NCBI GenBank assembly: GCA_963675665.1
Contig: OY776510.1
Location: 576,001 to 640,000 of the forward strand
Direction: 5' to 3'
DNA length: 64,000 bases
DNA from: Spirochaetia bacterium
GTDB lineage: Bacteria > Spirochaetota > Spirochaetia > UBA9216
The notes below the pieces were generated by a model. That model searched no databases, was not told the origin of the DNA, and saw nothing but the letters and a program-made list of their open reading frames with translations. Numbering within the stretch: position 1 is the stretch's first letter; the number at the start of each line of letters is the position of its first letter. The position numbers and the translations under genes were made by a program. Of this stretch, positions 27,538-36,520 are shown in pieces.

Positions 27538-28563
27538 TTATGCAGCTTTGGTAAAAGCATCCTTAATAGCATTTGATATATCTTTCAGCAAATCACGGTC
27601 GTTTCTGACCGAATCAATCAGCACGGCAAATACAATCACGCACCCCTGAATTATCTGCTGGGTGTAGGACTGGATATTCATCAGGTCCATTCCGTTTGAG
27701 ATAAACCCTATTATAAGAACACCGATCAGGGTCCCCCAGATGCTTCCTTTTCCGCCCGCAAGGCTTGTTCCTCCTAGAACAACAGCGGCTATGGCGTCCA
27801 TTTCATAACCCTGGGCTACCTGGGGCAGTCCCGCACTTATACGTGAGGTCAGAACAACCGATGCTACACCTGTAAAAAACCCTGCGAGCACATAAACCCC
27901 CAGTTTAACAACCCGGACGTTTATTCCGGATATTCTTGCAGCGTTTTCATTGCCCCCGACCGCGTAAATATACCTGCCGAACGAGGTATACCTGAGTATA
28001 CAGAATGTGGCCAGAACCGCCACAAGAAGGATGATGCTCGGTAACGGCAGTCCAAGAAATGAACCCTTGCCTATTACCAGGAAAGCTTTATGAACTCCCG
28101 AAATTGGTTTTCCGTTTGAAAAGATGAATGCGCTTCCCCGGGCTATGGTCATCATCGCAAGCGTCATGATAAAAGGCGGTATTCTGAGAAAAGAGACAAA
28201 AAACCCGGAAATAAAACCGATCAGCACGGCAAGTCCGATAGCAACCGGTATTGCTATTACCCAGGCCGGGTTCGCTTCATTCGCAATCTTTGCAGCAACA
28301 ACACTGGAGAAAGCAATAACGGAACCGACGCTCAATTCAATTCCGCCGGTAAGTATTACAAGCGTCATACCGGTTGCCACAAGTCCGTTTATGCTGACCT
28401 GGCGAAGAACACTTAAAAGATTTTTTGCCTTAAAAAAAGTATCTCCCGTTGCCAGTGCGAAAAACAGAAAGATTACCGCAAGAACAACCACCATATTATA
28501 ATCAAGAAGCCATTGACTAATGGAATTCTTTTTAACCCTTAATTCATTTTCTACTCTGATCAT
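27538..28563 (-). CDS. Sugar ABC permease
   Basis: GGIELSVG, GGNENAARISGI, ELDA-like EMDAIAAVVLGG. Confidence 0.95.
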   Translation of the reverse strand: MIRVENELRVKKNSISQWLLDYNMVVVLAVIFLFFALATGDTFFKAKNLLSVLRQVSINGLVATGMTLVILTGGIELSVGSVIAFSSVVAAKIANEANPAWVIAIPVAIGLAVLIGFISGFFVSFLRIPPFIMTLAMMTIARGSAFIFSNGKPISGVHKAFLVIGKGSFLGLPLPSIILLVAVLATFCILRYTSFGRYIYAVGGNENAARISGINVRVVKLGVYVLAGFFTGVASVVLTSRISAGLPQVAQGYEMDAIAAVVLGGTSLAGGKGSIWGTLIGVLIIGFISNGMDLMNIQSYTQQIIQGCVIVFAVLIDSVRNDRDLLKDISNAIKDAFTKAA

Positions 28564-28579
28564 TATTTCCTCCGTTTCC

Positions 28580-30088
28580 TCAAGCTAAAGTAGCAAGGTG
28601 CATAATATTTTCCTGGGAAATCTCCGCTCCCGATAATTCACCCGTTGCCTTGCCTTCCCTTAAAACCATAACCCTGTCGCACATTCCTATTACTTCTTCC
28701 ATTTCAGAAGAAATGAAAATTACAGCCTTGCCCTTTTCTGCAAGTCCTGATATGTGATGATAAAAATCCGATTTGGCCGCGATATCTATTCCCCTGGTCG
28801 GTTCATCAAATATCATGATTTTACAGTCTCTTGAAAGCCACTTTGAAAGAACTACCTTCTGCTGATTTCCCCCGCTGAGGTTCTCAACATCCTGCTTCAG
28901 CGATGGAGTCTTTATGTTCAGTAAGTCCCTGTATTTCACTGACTCAGCATTAATCTTTTTCCAGTCGAGAAATTTCATTATTACTGATTTGAATTTCAGC
29001 AGGTTGGAAAGTACGACATTATCCATAATGTCCATTCCCATAATAAGCCCCTTCAGCTTTCTGTCGTCGGTAATCAATCCAAGACCGTACTGAATCGCCT
29101 TAACAGGGTTATAAATATTCTTTTTGGTTTTATCTATGAAAATTTCACCTTTTTCAAGATCATTGATACCGAATATTGCTTCTACAATTTCAGTACGCCC
29201 TGATCCCATCAACCCGGCAAGTCCGAATATTTCACCCGCATGAGCCTTGAAGGAAATGCCTTCAAAAACATTGCTCATTTTCAGGTTTTTTACCTCAAGC
29301 AAAGCTTCACCGCGGATATTTATGTTGCGCTTCGGGTAAACATCCGTCACGTCCCTGTCGACCATATGCTTAATCAGAACGTCTCTCGGCACATCCGTAT
29401 CAGAAAAATGAGCCACTCTGTTGCCGTCGCGCAGAACTGTAATTTCATCAGCTATTTCGTAAATTTCATCAAGTTTGTGAGAAATATAAATAATTGAATG
29501 TCCCTTGCTTATGATTCTGCGAATCAGTCCGAAAAGAACCTCTGTTTCGCTTTCCGTGATAGCTGAAGTCGGTTCATCCATAATAAAGATTCTTGAATCA
29601 AAGGAAACAGCTTTTGCTATTTCACACATCTGCATTTCCGCAACAGTCAGCGTTTTCATAAGGCGGTTCGGAGCTATTTCCATGCCCACTTCAGCCAGAA
29701 GTCTCCCGGCTTCCTTGTTAACTTTATTTTTATCAATAATAACGCCGCCTTTTCGTTTAAACTCTCTTCCGAGAAACATATTCTCGGCTACCGTCATTTC
29801 AAGAACATTGATCATTTCCTGGTGAATGATTGAAACGCCGCATTCCATGGCGTGCTTTCTGCCCGTCAAATGCTGAACTTCACCGTCTATCAGGACCTCT
29901 CCCGCATCCGCACGGGTCTCTCCGGCAAGAACTTTCATCAGTGTTGATTTACCCGCCCCGTTTTCCCCGAGCAGAGCATGTACTGTTCCGGGCCTGAGCT
30001 TAATGGATACATCATTAAGCGCCTGAACGCCGATATATGCTTTTGAGATATTTCTCATCTCCAACAGATATTTTTTTTCTGATTTCAT
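28580..30088 (-). CDS. Sugar ABC ATP-binding protein
   Basis: GENGAGKST, MDEPT, LSGGNQQKV. Confidence 0.95.
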   Translation of the reverse strand: MKSEKKYLLEMRNISKAYIGVQALNDVSIKLRPGTVHALLGENGAGKSTLMKVLAGETRADAGEVLIDGEVQHLTGRKHAMECGVSIIHQEMINVLEMTVAENMFLGREFKRKGGVIIDKNKVNKEAGRLLAEVGMEIAPNRLMKTLTVAEMQMCEIAKAVSFDSRIFIMDEPTSAITESETEVLFGLIRRIISKGHSIIYISHKLDEIYEIADEITVLRDGNRVAHFSDTDVPRDVLIKHMVDRDVTDVYPKRNINIRGEALLEVKNLKMSNVFEGISFKAHAGEIFGLAGLMGSGRTEIVEAIFGINDLEKGEIFIDKTKKNIYNPVKAIQYGLGLITDDRKLKGLIMGMDIMDNVVLSNLLKFKSVIMKFLDWKKINAESVKYRDLLNIKTPSLKQDVENLSGGNQQKVVLSKWLSRDCKIMIFDEPTRGIDIAAKSDFYHHISGLAEKGKAVIFISSEMEEVIGMCDRVMVLREGKATGELSGAEISQENIMHLATLA

Positions 30089-30173
30089 CTGGTTTTATAC
30101 TGCCTCCTGCACTACCTGCCGACTCCTGGAAATCTAAAGAAGATCTTCATAAACTGCAGTTTTTAAAGATCCC

Positions 30174-31103
30174 CTATATTAATTCTACAGCCAGTTCCTC
30201 ATCGATTATCAGGATATTAAAATAGTTATGTCTTGATCCCGACGTACATCTGATTACATCACTTTTCAACTTTCCGGCTGCAACGCAAATTATATTTTCC
30301 GCTTTATCAATAATTGAGATTGGAACCCCCATGTATAGATCATGTTTGCTCCAGTTAATTTCATCTCCGTTCTCATCAATGAAAACCCCTGCAATATCCC
30401 CAATAGCATTAAGCTTTTCCAGTTCGGAAAAATCTTCCTCGGTAATTACTCCCCATTTGGAAGTAGTTGATTCCTTGCTGAAGGCACTTGCACTTATAAT
30501 GTTGATATTGGCTTCACAGGCAAGCTTGATAAGATTTTTATTATTCTGATCTGCTTTCAATTCGTTTTTAGCCTCAAGACTCTGGACATAATATGGAGCA
30601 TTTAAAATCATATGCTCCGCCCTTATTTTCTGGCATATCTTTATGATAATTCCCGTAGGGGTTTTCATCTCGCCATTGCGTGCGTAAAACCCTCCGGTCA
30701 ATTCAATAACCGTGCTGTCTTCCCGGTTCTGATATTTGAGATATTCGGCGAACTGTCCGATTGTATATCCCCAGGAAACCCCTAATACACCGTTTTCAGG
30801 CAACAGATGCATTACATATTCAGCCAGAAACTTTGCTACAGTGTCAGCACCGTTTTCCGACGGAACATTTTCTACAACAACACAATCCTTGAACCCGTAT
30901 TTGTCTTTAATTCTCTTGCTTAATTCCAGATTGATTTTATTCGGCATTCTTATATCAATATTTACAATTCCCCGATCCTCAGCCTCTTTTATCATTCTTG
31001 AAATAACCATCGGGCTGGTATTAAACATATTTGCAATTTCTTTCTGTTTTATTTTATCAATGTAGTAAGACTTTGCGACCATCGCCAAAGTAAAATCATC
31101 CAT
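30174..31103 (-). CDS. SorC-family sugar-binding regulator
   Basis: VAKSYYIDKIKQKEIA, GVSWGYT, AIGDIAG, LIIDE. Confidence 0.88.
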   Translation of the reverse strand: MDDFTLAMVAKSYYIDKIKQKEIANMFNTSPMVISRMIKEAEDRGIVNIDIRMPNKINLELSKRIKDKYGFKDCVVVENVPSENGADTVAKFLAEYVMHLLPENGVLGVSWGYTIGQFAEYLKYQNREDSTVIELTGGFYARNGEMKTPTGIIIKICQKIRAEHMILNAPYYVQSLEAKNELKADQNNKNLIKLACEANINIISASAFSKESTTSKWGVITEEDFSELEKLNAIGDIAGVFIDENGDEINWSKHDLYMGVPISIIDKAENIICVAAGKLKSDVIRCTSGSRHNYFNILIIDEELAVELI

Positions 31104-31123
31104 CTGAATTATCCTGTATCATA

Positions 31124-31183
31124 TGTTGTTATAAATAACGTAATAAATAGTTATTTATAACTAATTTGTTATTTATAACAACA
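31124..31183. promoter_or_regulatory. Triple palindromic operator GTTATWWATAAC
   Basis: Copies at 31128-31139, 31150-31161 and 31168-31179; the outer 16-mers are perfect inverted repeats. Confidence 0.7.
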
Positions 31184-31261
31184 GCATAATATATAATTCC
31201 TGTTCTGTCAAATTTTTCTTATAAATTTTGTCAGGAAGTTTGTCAAAATCCGGAATAATCA

Positions 31262-31304
31262 ATAAAAAAGGGGGGGGAATCTTTGAAAAAGACGCCCCCC
31301 CCTT
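31262..31304 (-). terminator. Intrinsic terminator of the third sigma54 ABC operon
   Basis: AAG8..TCTTT-loop-AAAGA..C8TT stem followed by a T-run on the minus strand. Confidence 0.7.
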
Positions 31305-31343
31305 AACGGTACCGGAAAGTATCCGGTTAAAAACTACTGATCT

Positions 31344-32840
31344 TTATACCGATCCTATAGCGGCATGCATAACCATTTCCTGATCGGCCTCTTCCTTTAA
31401 CAGGTCAGCGGTCAGTTTTCCCTCATGCATTACAAGAATTCTGTCTGCAAGATGAAAAACTTCAGGCAGCTCGGAAGATATTACAATAATCGACATGCCG
31501 CGATCCGCTAGTTCTGAAATTATATTATGGACCTCGGCTTTGGCCCCTACATCAATTCCGCGTGTAGGCTCATCCAGAATGAGAAGATCCGGTTCAAGGG
31601 CAAGAGATTTTGCAATTACAACCTTCTGCTGATTCCCCCCCGACAGGGTTTCCACAACCTGCTCGCGGGAACTGACCTTGGTTTTAAGATCGGAAATGTA
31701 CCGATCGGTTATTTCCTTTTCAGCTGATGCATTTATAAGTTTCAACAGGCTGCTTACTTTATCATGGATACTGAGAGTTGTGTTCTCACGCACCGTCATC
31801 GGCAGAACCAAACCAAGGTTCTTTCGATCTTCGGGCAGATAAGCAATCCTGGCCGCAACAGAATCTCGCGGGGTTCTGATTGAGACCTCCCGTCCTTTTA
31901 CAAACATCCGGCCGCCGGTTTTTTTCTCAGCTCCTATTATCAGTTTGGCCAGCTCAGTCCGCCCTGCCCCTACCAGTCCGGCAAGCCCCACAATCTCTCC
32001 TTTTCGAATTCTGAAAGATATATTATTAATATTCGGGGGGCCGCAGAGATCTTCCGCTTCAAAAACTACATCTTCGGACGGTTTAGCCTTTCTTTCAGTA
32101 TAAAACCTGTTCAGCTCACGACCGACCATCAGTGATATCAGTTTCTGCTCATCAGCTTCTTTTGTCAAAATATTTCCGGCATTTTCACCATCCCGGAGGA
32201 TAACGACCCTGTCCGTTATTTCAAGAACTTCTTCAAGTTTATGTGATATAAAAATAATTGATATTCCCTGTGCTTTTAAATCGCGCATAATTTCAAACAG
32301 GTTTACTATCTCTTTCTCGGCAAGCGCGGATGTGGGTTCGTCCATAATCAGAACCTTTGTTTTATATGCAAGGGCTTTGGCTATTTCTATCATTTGCTGC
32401 TGGGCAACGCCAAGACTCCCCACAAGGTCATCCGGATGAATATCTATTTTTAATCTTGAAAAGAATTCCTCCGCTCTCTGCCGGGTGTCTTTATAAGAAA
32501 ACAAACCGCCTTTCGTCCTGTTTTCATTTCCGAGAAAAATGTTCTCCATGGCCGAAAGGTTCGGACAAAGATTGAATTCCTGGAAAATAATATTTATGCC
32601 CTGCTCGTATGCATCCCGCGTGGAATGCAGATCCAGAACCTTGCCGTTATAATAGATGTTTCCGCTGTCGGGTTTATAAACCCCGGTAAGCACCTTCATC
32701 AGTGTCGACTTACCGGCCCCGTTTTCTCCCAGCAAACAGACAATTTCATTTTCTCCGATATTGAAGTCTACATCAGACAGAGCTTTTACTCCCGGAAATT
32801 GTTTGCTGATCCCTTTCATTTCAACAAGATATTCACCCAT
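31344..32840 (-). CDS. Sugar ABC ATP-binding protein
   Basis: GENGAGKST, MDEPT, LSGGNQQKV. Confidence 0.95.
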   Translation of the reverse strand: MGEYLVEMKGISKQFPGVKALSDVDFNIGENEIVCLLGENGAGKSTLMKVLTGVYKPDSGNIYYNGKVLDLHSTRDAYEQGINIIFQEFNLCPNLSAMENIFLGNENRTKGGLFSYKDTRQRAEEFFSRLKIDIHPDDLVGSLGVAQQQMIEIAKALAYKTKVLIMDEPTSALAEKEIVNLFEIMRDLKAQGISIIFISHKLEEVLEITDRVVILRDGENAGNILTKEADEQKLISLMVGRELNRFYTERKAKPSEDVVFEAEDLCGPPNINNISFRIRKGEIVGLAGLVGAGRTELAKLIIGAEKKTGGRMFVKGREVSIRTPRDSVAARIAYLPEDRKNLGLVLPMTVRENTTLSIHDKVSSLLKLINASAEKEITDRYISDLKTKVSSREQVVETLSGGNQQKVVIAKSLALEPDLLILDEPTRGIDVGAKAEVHNIISELADRGMSIIVISSELPEVFHLADRILVMHEGKLTADLLKEEADQEMVMHAAIGSV

Positions 32841-32846
32841 AACAGC

Positions 32847-33824
32847 CTACCTGTTCTTTATTCTGTCGATTACCGCCGCAATTACAATAATAAGGCCCAT
32901 GATTGCAGTCTGCCAGTATGCTGAAACCTTCATCAACACCAAACCGTTTCTGATAACTCCCATAATTGCTGCGCCTATCACTACGCCAAGAACAGAACCG
33001 GACCCGCCCATCAGCGAAGTACCCCCTATTACAGCTGCAGCAATTGCATCAAGTTCCCAGCCGTCTCCGGCTGATGTCTGTGCCGAACTGAAGCGGGCGA
33101 CAAGAATAATTCCTGTAATTGAAGACATCAGCCCCGAAATTCCATATGCCAGGCATTTAATCCTTTTTATATTAATTCCGGAAAGCCTGGTTGCTTCTTC
33201 GTTTCCTCCGATCGCATAAATCCTTCGTCCGAACACCGTAAACTTCAAAATGAAATTCATAACTATTGCAACAACTATTGCTATGATGACCGGAACCGGA
33301 ATTCCCAATAAAGAGCCCTGTCCTATAAACATGAATTTTTCATTAATCTCTTCAACCGGCCAGCCTTTTGTAATAATCCAGATTGCCCCCCGGGCCATAC
33401 TTAGCATGCCGAGAGTGACAATAAACGGGGTGATCCCCACATATGAAACAAGTATCCCGTTTATCATTCCTACACCGAAACCGGTGCCCATTCCTACAAG
33501 TACAGCCGCAAACGGACCTGCGCCCGCAGCCATTGCAAGGCCGCAGGTAACCCCGCTGATTCCTATTATGGAACCGACGGAAAGATCTATTCCCGCTGTC
33601 AGAATAACAGTAAATACACCGAAAGCTGTAATGGCGACAAACGATATCTGCCGGGCGACCCTGTAAAGGTTTCCCGCTGTAGCAAATTTCGGTGCGATTA
33701 TAGTAATAATCAGCATAATTCCCAGCAAAGCCAGAAAAATCGCTGATTCTTTTTGTCTGATAAATCTAATAAGCAGGTTTTCTTTTTTAACCTGCGCTTG
33801 TATCCCGGCTTTGTTTTCAGCCAT
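32847..33824 (-). CDS. Sugar ABC permease
   Basis: AGIDLSVG, GGNEEATRLSGI, ELDAIAAAVIGG. Confidence 0.95.
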   Translation of the reverse strand: MAENKAGIQAQVKKENLLIRFIRQKESAIFLALLGIMLIITIIAPKFATAGNLYRVARQISFVAITAFGVFTVILTAGIDLSVGSIIGISGVTCGLAMAAGAGPFAAVLVGMGTGFGVGMINGILVSYVGITPFIVTLGMLSMARGAIWIITKGWPVEEINEKFMFIGQGSLLGIPVPVIIAIVVAIVMNFILKFTVFGRRIYAIGGNEEATRLSGINIKRIKCLAYGISGLMSSITGIILVARFSSAQTSAGDGWELDAIAAAVIGGTSLMGGSGSVLGVVIGAAIMGVIRNGLVLMKVSAYWQTAIMGLIIVIAAVIDRIKNR

Positions 33825-33843
33825 TATAACCTCCTGAAGACAC

Positions 33844-34021
33844 CCGTCACGGATGACGGAAAACGGAAGAGAAGTATGAAAACCTGGTTTTCATACTTCA
33901 GAAATAATTGAACATGGAAGTTCAATTATTTCCATCCTCCCAAAAAAGAGGGGAACGGACATTCCGCCCCCCCCGATAACTTTTAATGGTCAATGGACGT
34001 TTGCCGGTAATACCGGCAAAC
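33844..34021. repeat. Array of five inverted repeats in the SBP-permease intergenic region
   Basis: 33844-33859, 33871-33899 (14-bp arms), 33901-33932 (13-bp arms), about 33950-33974 (imperfect), 33999-34021 (11-bp arms). Confidence 0.8.
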
Positions 34022-34044
34022 TCCGGAGGTTCAGTTACCGAAGG

Positions 34045-34992
34045 TTACTGAACCTCAGCTTTAACTGCTGCCATGTATGAATCTACATTATCTTTTGTTA
34101 CGATAATAACTCCGGTATCCGTTACAGGAGGAACACTCTTGCCGTTCATCAAATCAAGCATTTGCTCAATCGACAACCAGCCCATTTTATATGCTTTCTG
34201 TACGAGACAGAAATTAATTGATCCGTCTTTTATTCCAGTGATTGTTTCAGGAAGATCATCAAAACCGCCGATTATGATATTTCCCGCTATACCCTGCTCT
34301 TTTACAACAGTTGCAGGAGCTACGGGACCATATGCGGAAACACCGAAAATAGCATCCAGGTCAGGATAAGCTTCCAGAAGAGCTTCGGTTTTGTTTACTC
34401 CCATTGCAAGATCAGCCTGAAAATCTTCAAAGGCTACGATTTCGACATTTGTCTTTGCTGCGGCCTTTCTGAATCCTTCCTGCCTCTGGTTGAGGTTCGG
34501 AGCAAGTCCTCCCTGAAGGATAGCTACATTACCTTTACCTCCCATCAGATTAAACATATATTCTCCCGCGGTTGCACCGGCTGCCTCATTTACAGTTCCG
34601 ATATAACATGCCCGTTTTGTACTTGGGGCATCGGCATCAAAACAAATAACGGTTATCCCTGCTTCTACCGCTTCATTTACAACAGCAACAAGACCCTTGT
34701 CATCCACTGCCGAAATGGCAATACCGTCAACACCTCTGGCTATAAGGTCTTCAATTACCTTTACCTGTAACGAGATATCAAATTTCGGCGGGCTTTCCAC
34801 TTCTGCATTTACACCGTATTTGGCTCCTGCATCTTTAAAACCTTCGATACAAGGTTCATAAAAGGGGTGTACCAGCTTGGGTACCATAACGAAAGTGGGC
34901 TGATCCGAACCTTCCTGCTGACCCCCGGCAAATACAGCCGGAGCAATTACAATGGCCAGAAGCAGCAATGCTGCCATTAGTTTTTTTCTCAT
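34045..34992 (-). CDS. Sugar ABC substrate-binding protein
   Basis: Signal peptide then FAGGQQE; VPKLVHPFY, CFDADAP, GFDD. Confidence 0.92.
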   Translation of the reverse strand: MRKKLMAALLLLAIVIAPAVFAGGQQEGSDQPTFVMVPKLVHPFYEPCIEGFKDAGAKYGVNAEVESPPKFDISLQVKVIEDLIARGVDGIAISAVDDKGLVAVVNEAVEAGITVICFDADAPSTKRACYIGTVNEAAGATAGEYMFNLMGGKGNVAILQGGLAPNLNQRQEGFRKAAAKTNVEIVAFEDFQADLAMGVNKTEALLEAYPDLDAIFGVSAYGPVAPATVVKEQGIAGNIIIGGFDDLPETITGIKDGSINFCLVQKAYKMGWLSIEQMLDLMNGKSVPPVTDTGVIIVTKDNVDSYMAAVKAEVQ

Positions 34993-35025
34993 AAAAAAAC
35001 CTCCAAATTTTATTTATCTATAAAT

Positions 35026-35041
35026 TGCAAGGTTTATGCCA
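35026..35041 (-). promoter_or_regulatory. sigma54 (-24/-12) promoter
   Basis: Minus strand TGGCATAAACCTTGCA, GG-N10-GC, 34 bp upstream of the SBP start. Confidence 0.85.
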
Positions 35042-35146
35042 AACTCTCCGATGTTTTTCCCTTTTTATATTTTGTTATATTATATAAACTTAGTCTGATT
35101 TAATTTTTCAAAATTACCTATGGAAACCGGCAATCTGAAACAGCTC

Positions 35147-35172
35147 TACCCATTTTGAGTAAAACTGAGTAA
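35147..35172. promoter_or_regulatory. Putative enhancer
   Basis: TACCCA-TTT-TGAGTA imperfect palindrome plus a second TGAGTAA 10 bp later. Confidence 0.55.
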
Positions 35173-35200
35173 TTCCATTCCGGGGTCCGGCTTAACACAA

Positions 35201-36520
35201 TCATTCCAGCGAGTACTTTTTAATCTTGTTGTATAAAGTTTTTCTTGAAATATTAAGCTCTCTTGCGGCAAGAGTACGGTTGAATCGGTTTTTTTCCAGA
35301 GTTTTAAGAATGAAACTTCTTTCCAGCTCGTCTATATAACCTTTTTCTTCAGCTACTGATGCTTTTTCATTTTCAATTCTGAAGTGATCGGAAAGCAACA
35401 ATGAATTATCATCTGCAAGAAGAACTGCTGTCTCTACAACATTTCTTAATTCCCGGATATTTCCGGGCCATTCGTACTCTTTTAAAACATTTACCGCCTC
35501 AGACGATACGGAAACCTTTTTATTGTAATTCCTGGAATACATCGCAACAAAGTTGTGTATCAGGGCATCAAGATCCTCGGGCCGTTCTCTCAGAGGCGGC
35601 AGCACTATTTCAATACCCCGTAATCTGAAATAAAGATCCGACCTGAATTCATTATTCCGAATCATCGTTTTAAGATCCCGGTTTGTCGAGGCAATAATCC
35701 TGGCGCTGAATTCCTTGGACCTCAGGCCTCCAATACGCTCGAAAGTTTTTTCTTCAAGGACCCGGAGTAACTTTGATTGAAGCTTGTACTCCATGTCTCC
35801 TATCTCATCCAGAAAAAGGGTCCCCCCTGCTGCAGCTTCAAATTTCCCCGGCTTCTCGGATGCCGCACCGGAAAAAGAACCTTTTTCATATCCGAAAAGT
35901 TCAGATTCAAGCAATTCCGATGGTATTGCACTGCAGTTAATACCGACAAACGGACGGCTTTTTCTTTCACAGTTTTCATGAACCAGTCGCGCAAATACCT
36001 CCTTTCCCGTTCCGCTTTCGCCGAGAAGGAGAATCGGTATGTTACAATCCTTTACTTTGTTAATGGTATTATAGGCATCGATACTTTTTTTGCTTTTAAA
36101 AATTATACTGGAAAATTTTTCCGACGCAAGCTCCACATCTGCTGCCATTTCTGATTTTTCGTCGTAAAATCTGTCGGCAATCGCTATTATATCGCTGTTG
36201 TCAAAGGGCTTTTGTATGTAATCAAGGACCCCTATCTTCATAGAATTAACGGCGGACTCAATACTTGCATAGGCTGTCATTATAACTATCGGAGTAACAT
36301 TGGGCTGGATAGCTTTAACCACTTCAATACCGTCCATATCTCCCAGCTTTAAATCCAGAAACACCAGATCATACTTATCGTTTAACAGAACATCTACTGC
36401 AGATCTGCCGCTTGATGCCGTATCTATCCGGTAACCTTCCAGCTCAAGTGTCTTCGACAAACCCTCGAGTAATCCGTCTTCATCATCAGCCAGCAATATT
36501 CTGAATTCACTCTTATCCAT
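35201..36520 (-). CDS. sigma54-dependent response regulator (NtrC/AtoC family)
   Basis: REC domain, GESGTGKE, ELFGYEKGSFSGA, WPGNIREL, HTH LNISRKTLY. Confidence 0.93.
   Translation of the reverse strand: MDKSEFRILLADDEDGLLEGLSKTLELEGYRIDTASSGRSAVDVLLNDKYDLVFLDLKLGDMDGIEVVKAIQPNVTPIVIMTAYASIESAVNSMKIGVLDYIQKPFDNSDIIAIADRFYDEKSEMAADVELASEKFSSIIFKSKKSIDAYNTINKVKDCNIPILLLGESGTGKEVFARLVHENCERKSRPFVGINCSAIPSELLESELFGYEKGSFSGAASEKPGKFEAAAGGTLFLDEIGDMEYKLQSKLLRVLEEKTFERIGGLRSKEFSARIIASTNRDLKTMIRNNEFRSDLYFRLRGIEIVLPPLRERPEDLDALIHNFVAMYSRNYNKKVSVSSEAVNVLKEYEWPGNIRELRNVVETAVLLADDNSLLLSDHFRIENEKASVAEEKGYIDELERSFILKTLEKNRFNRTLAARELNISRKTLYNKIKKYSLE

Noticed and set aside
31270-31302. G8 and C8 homopolymers as phase-variation tracts
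   Set aside because: They are the two arms of a terminator stem
33844-34021. CRISPR array or REP/BIME cluster
   Set aside because: The hairpins differ in sequence, there is no repeat-spacer period, and no cas or transposase gene is present
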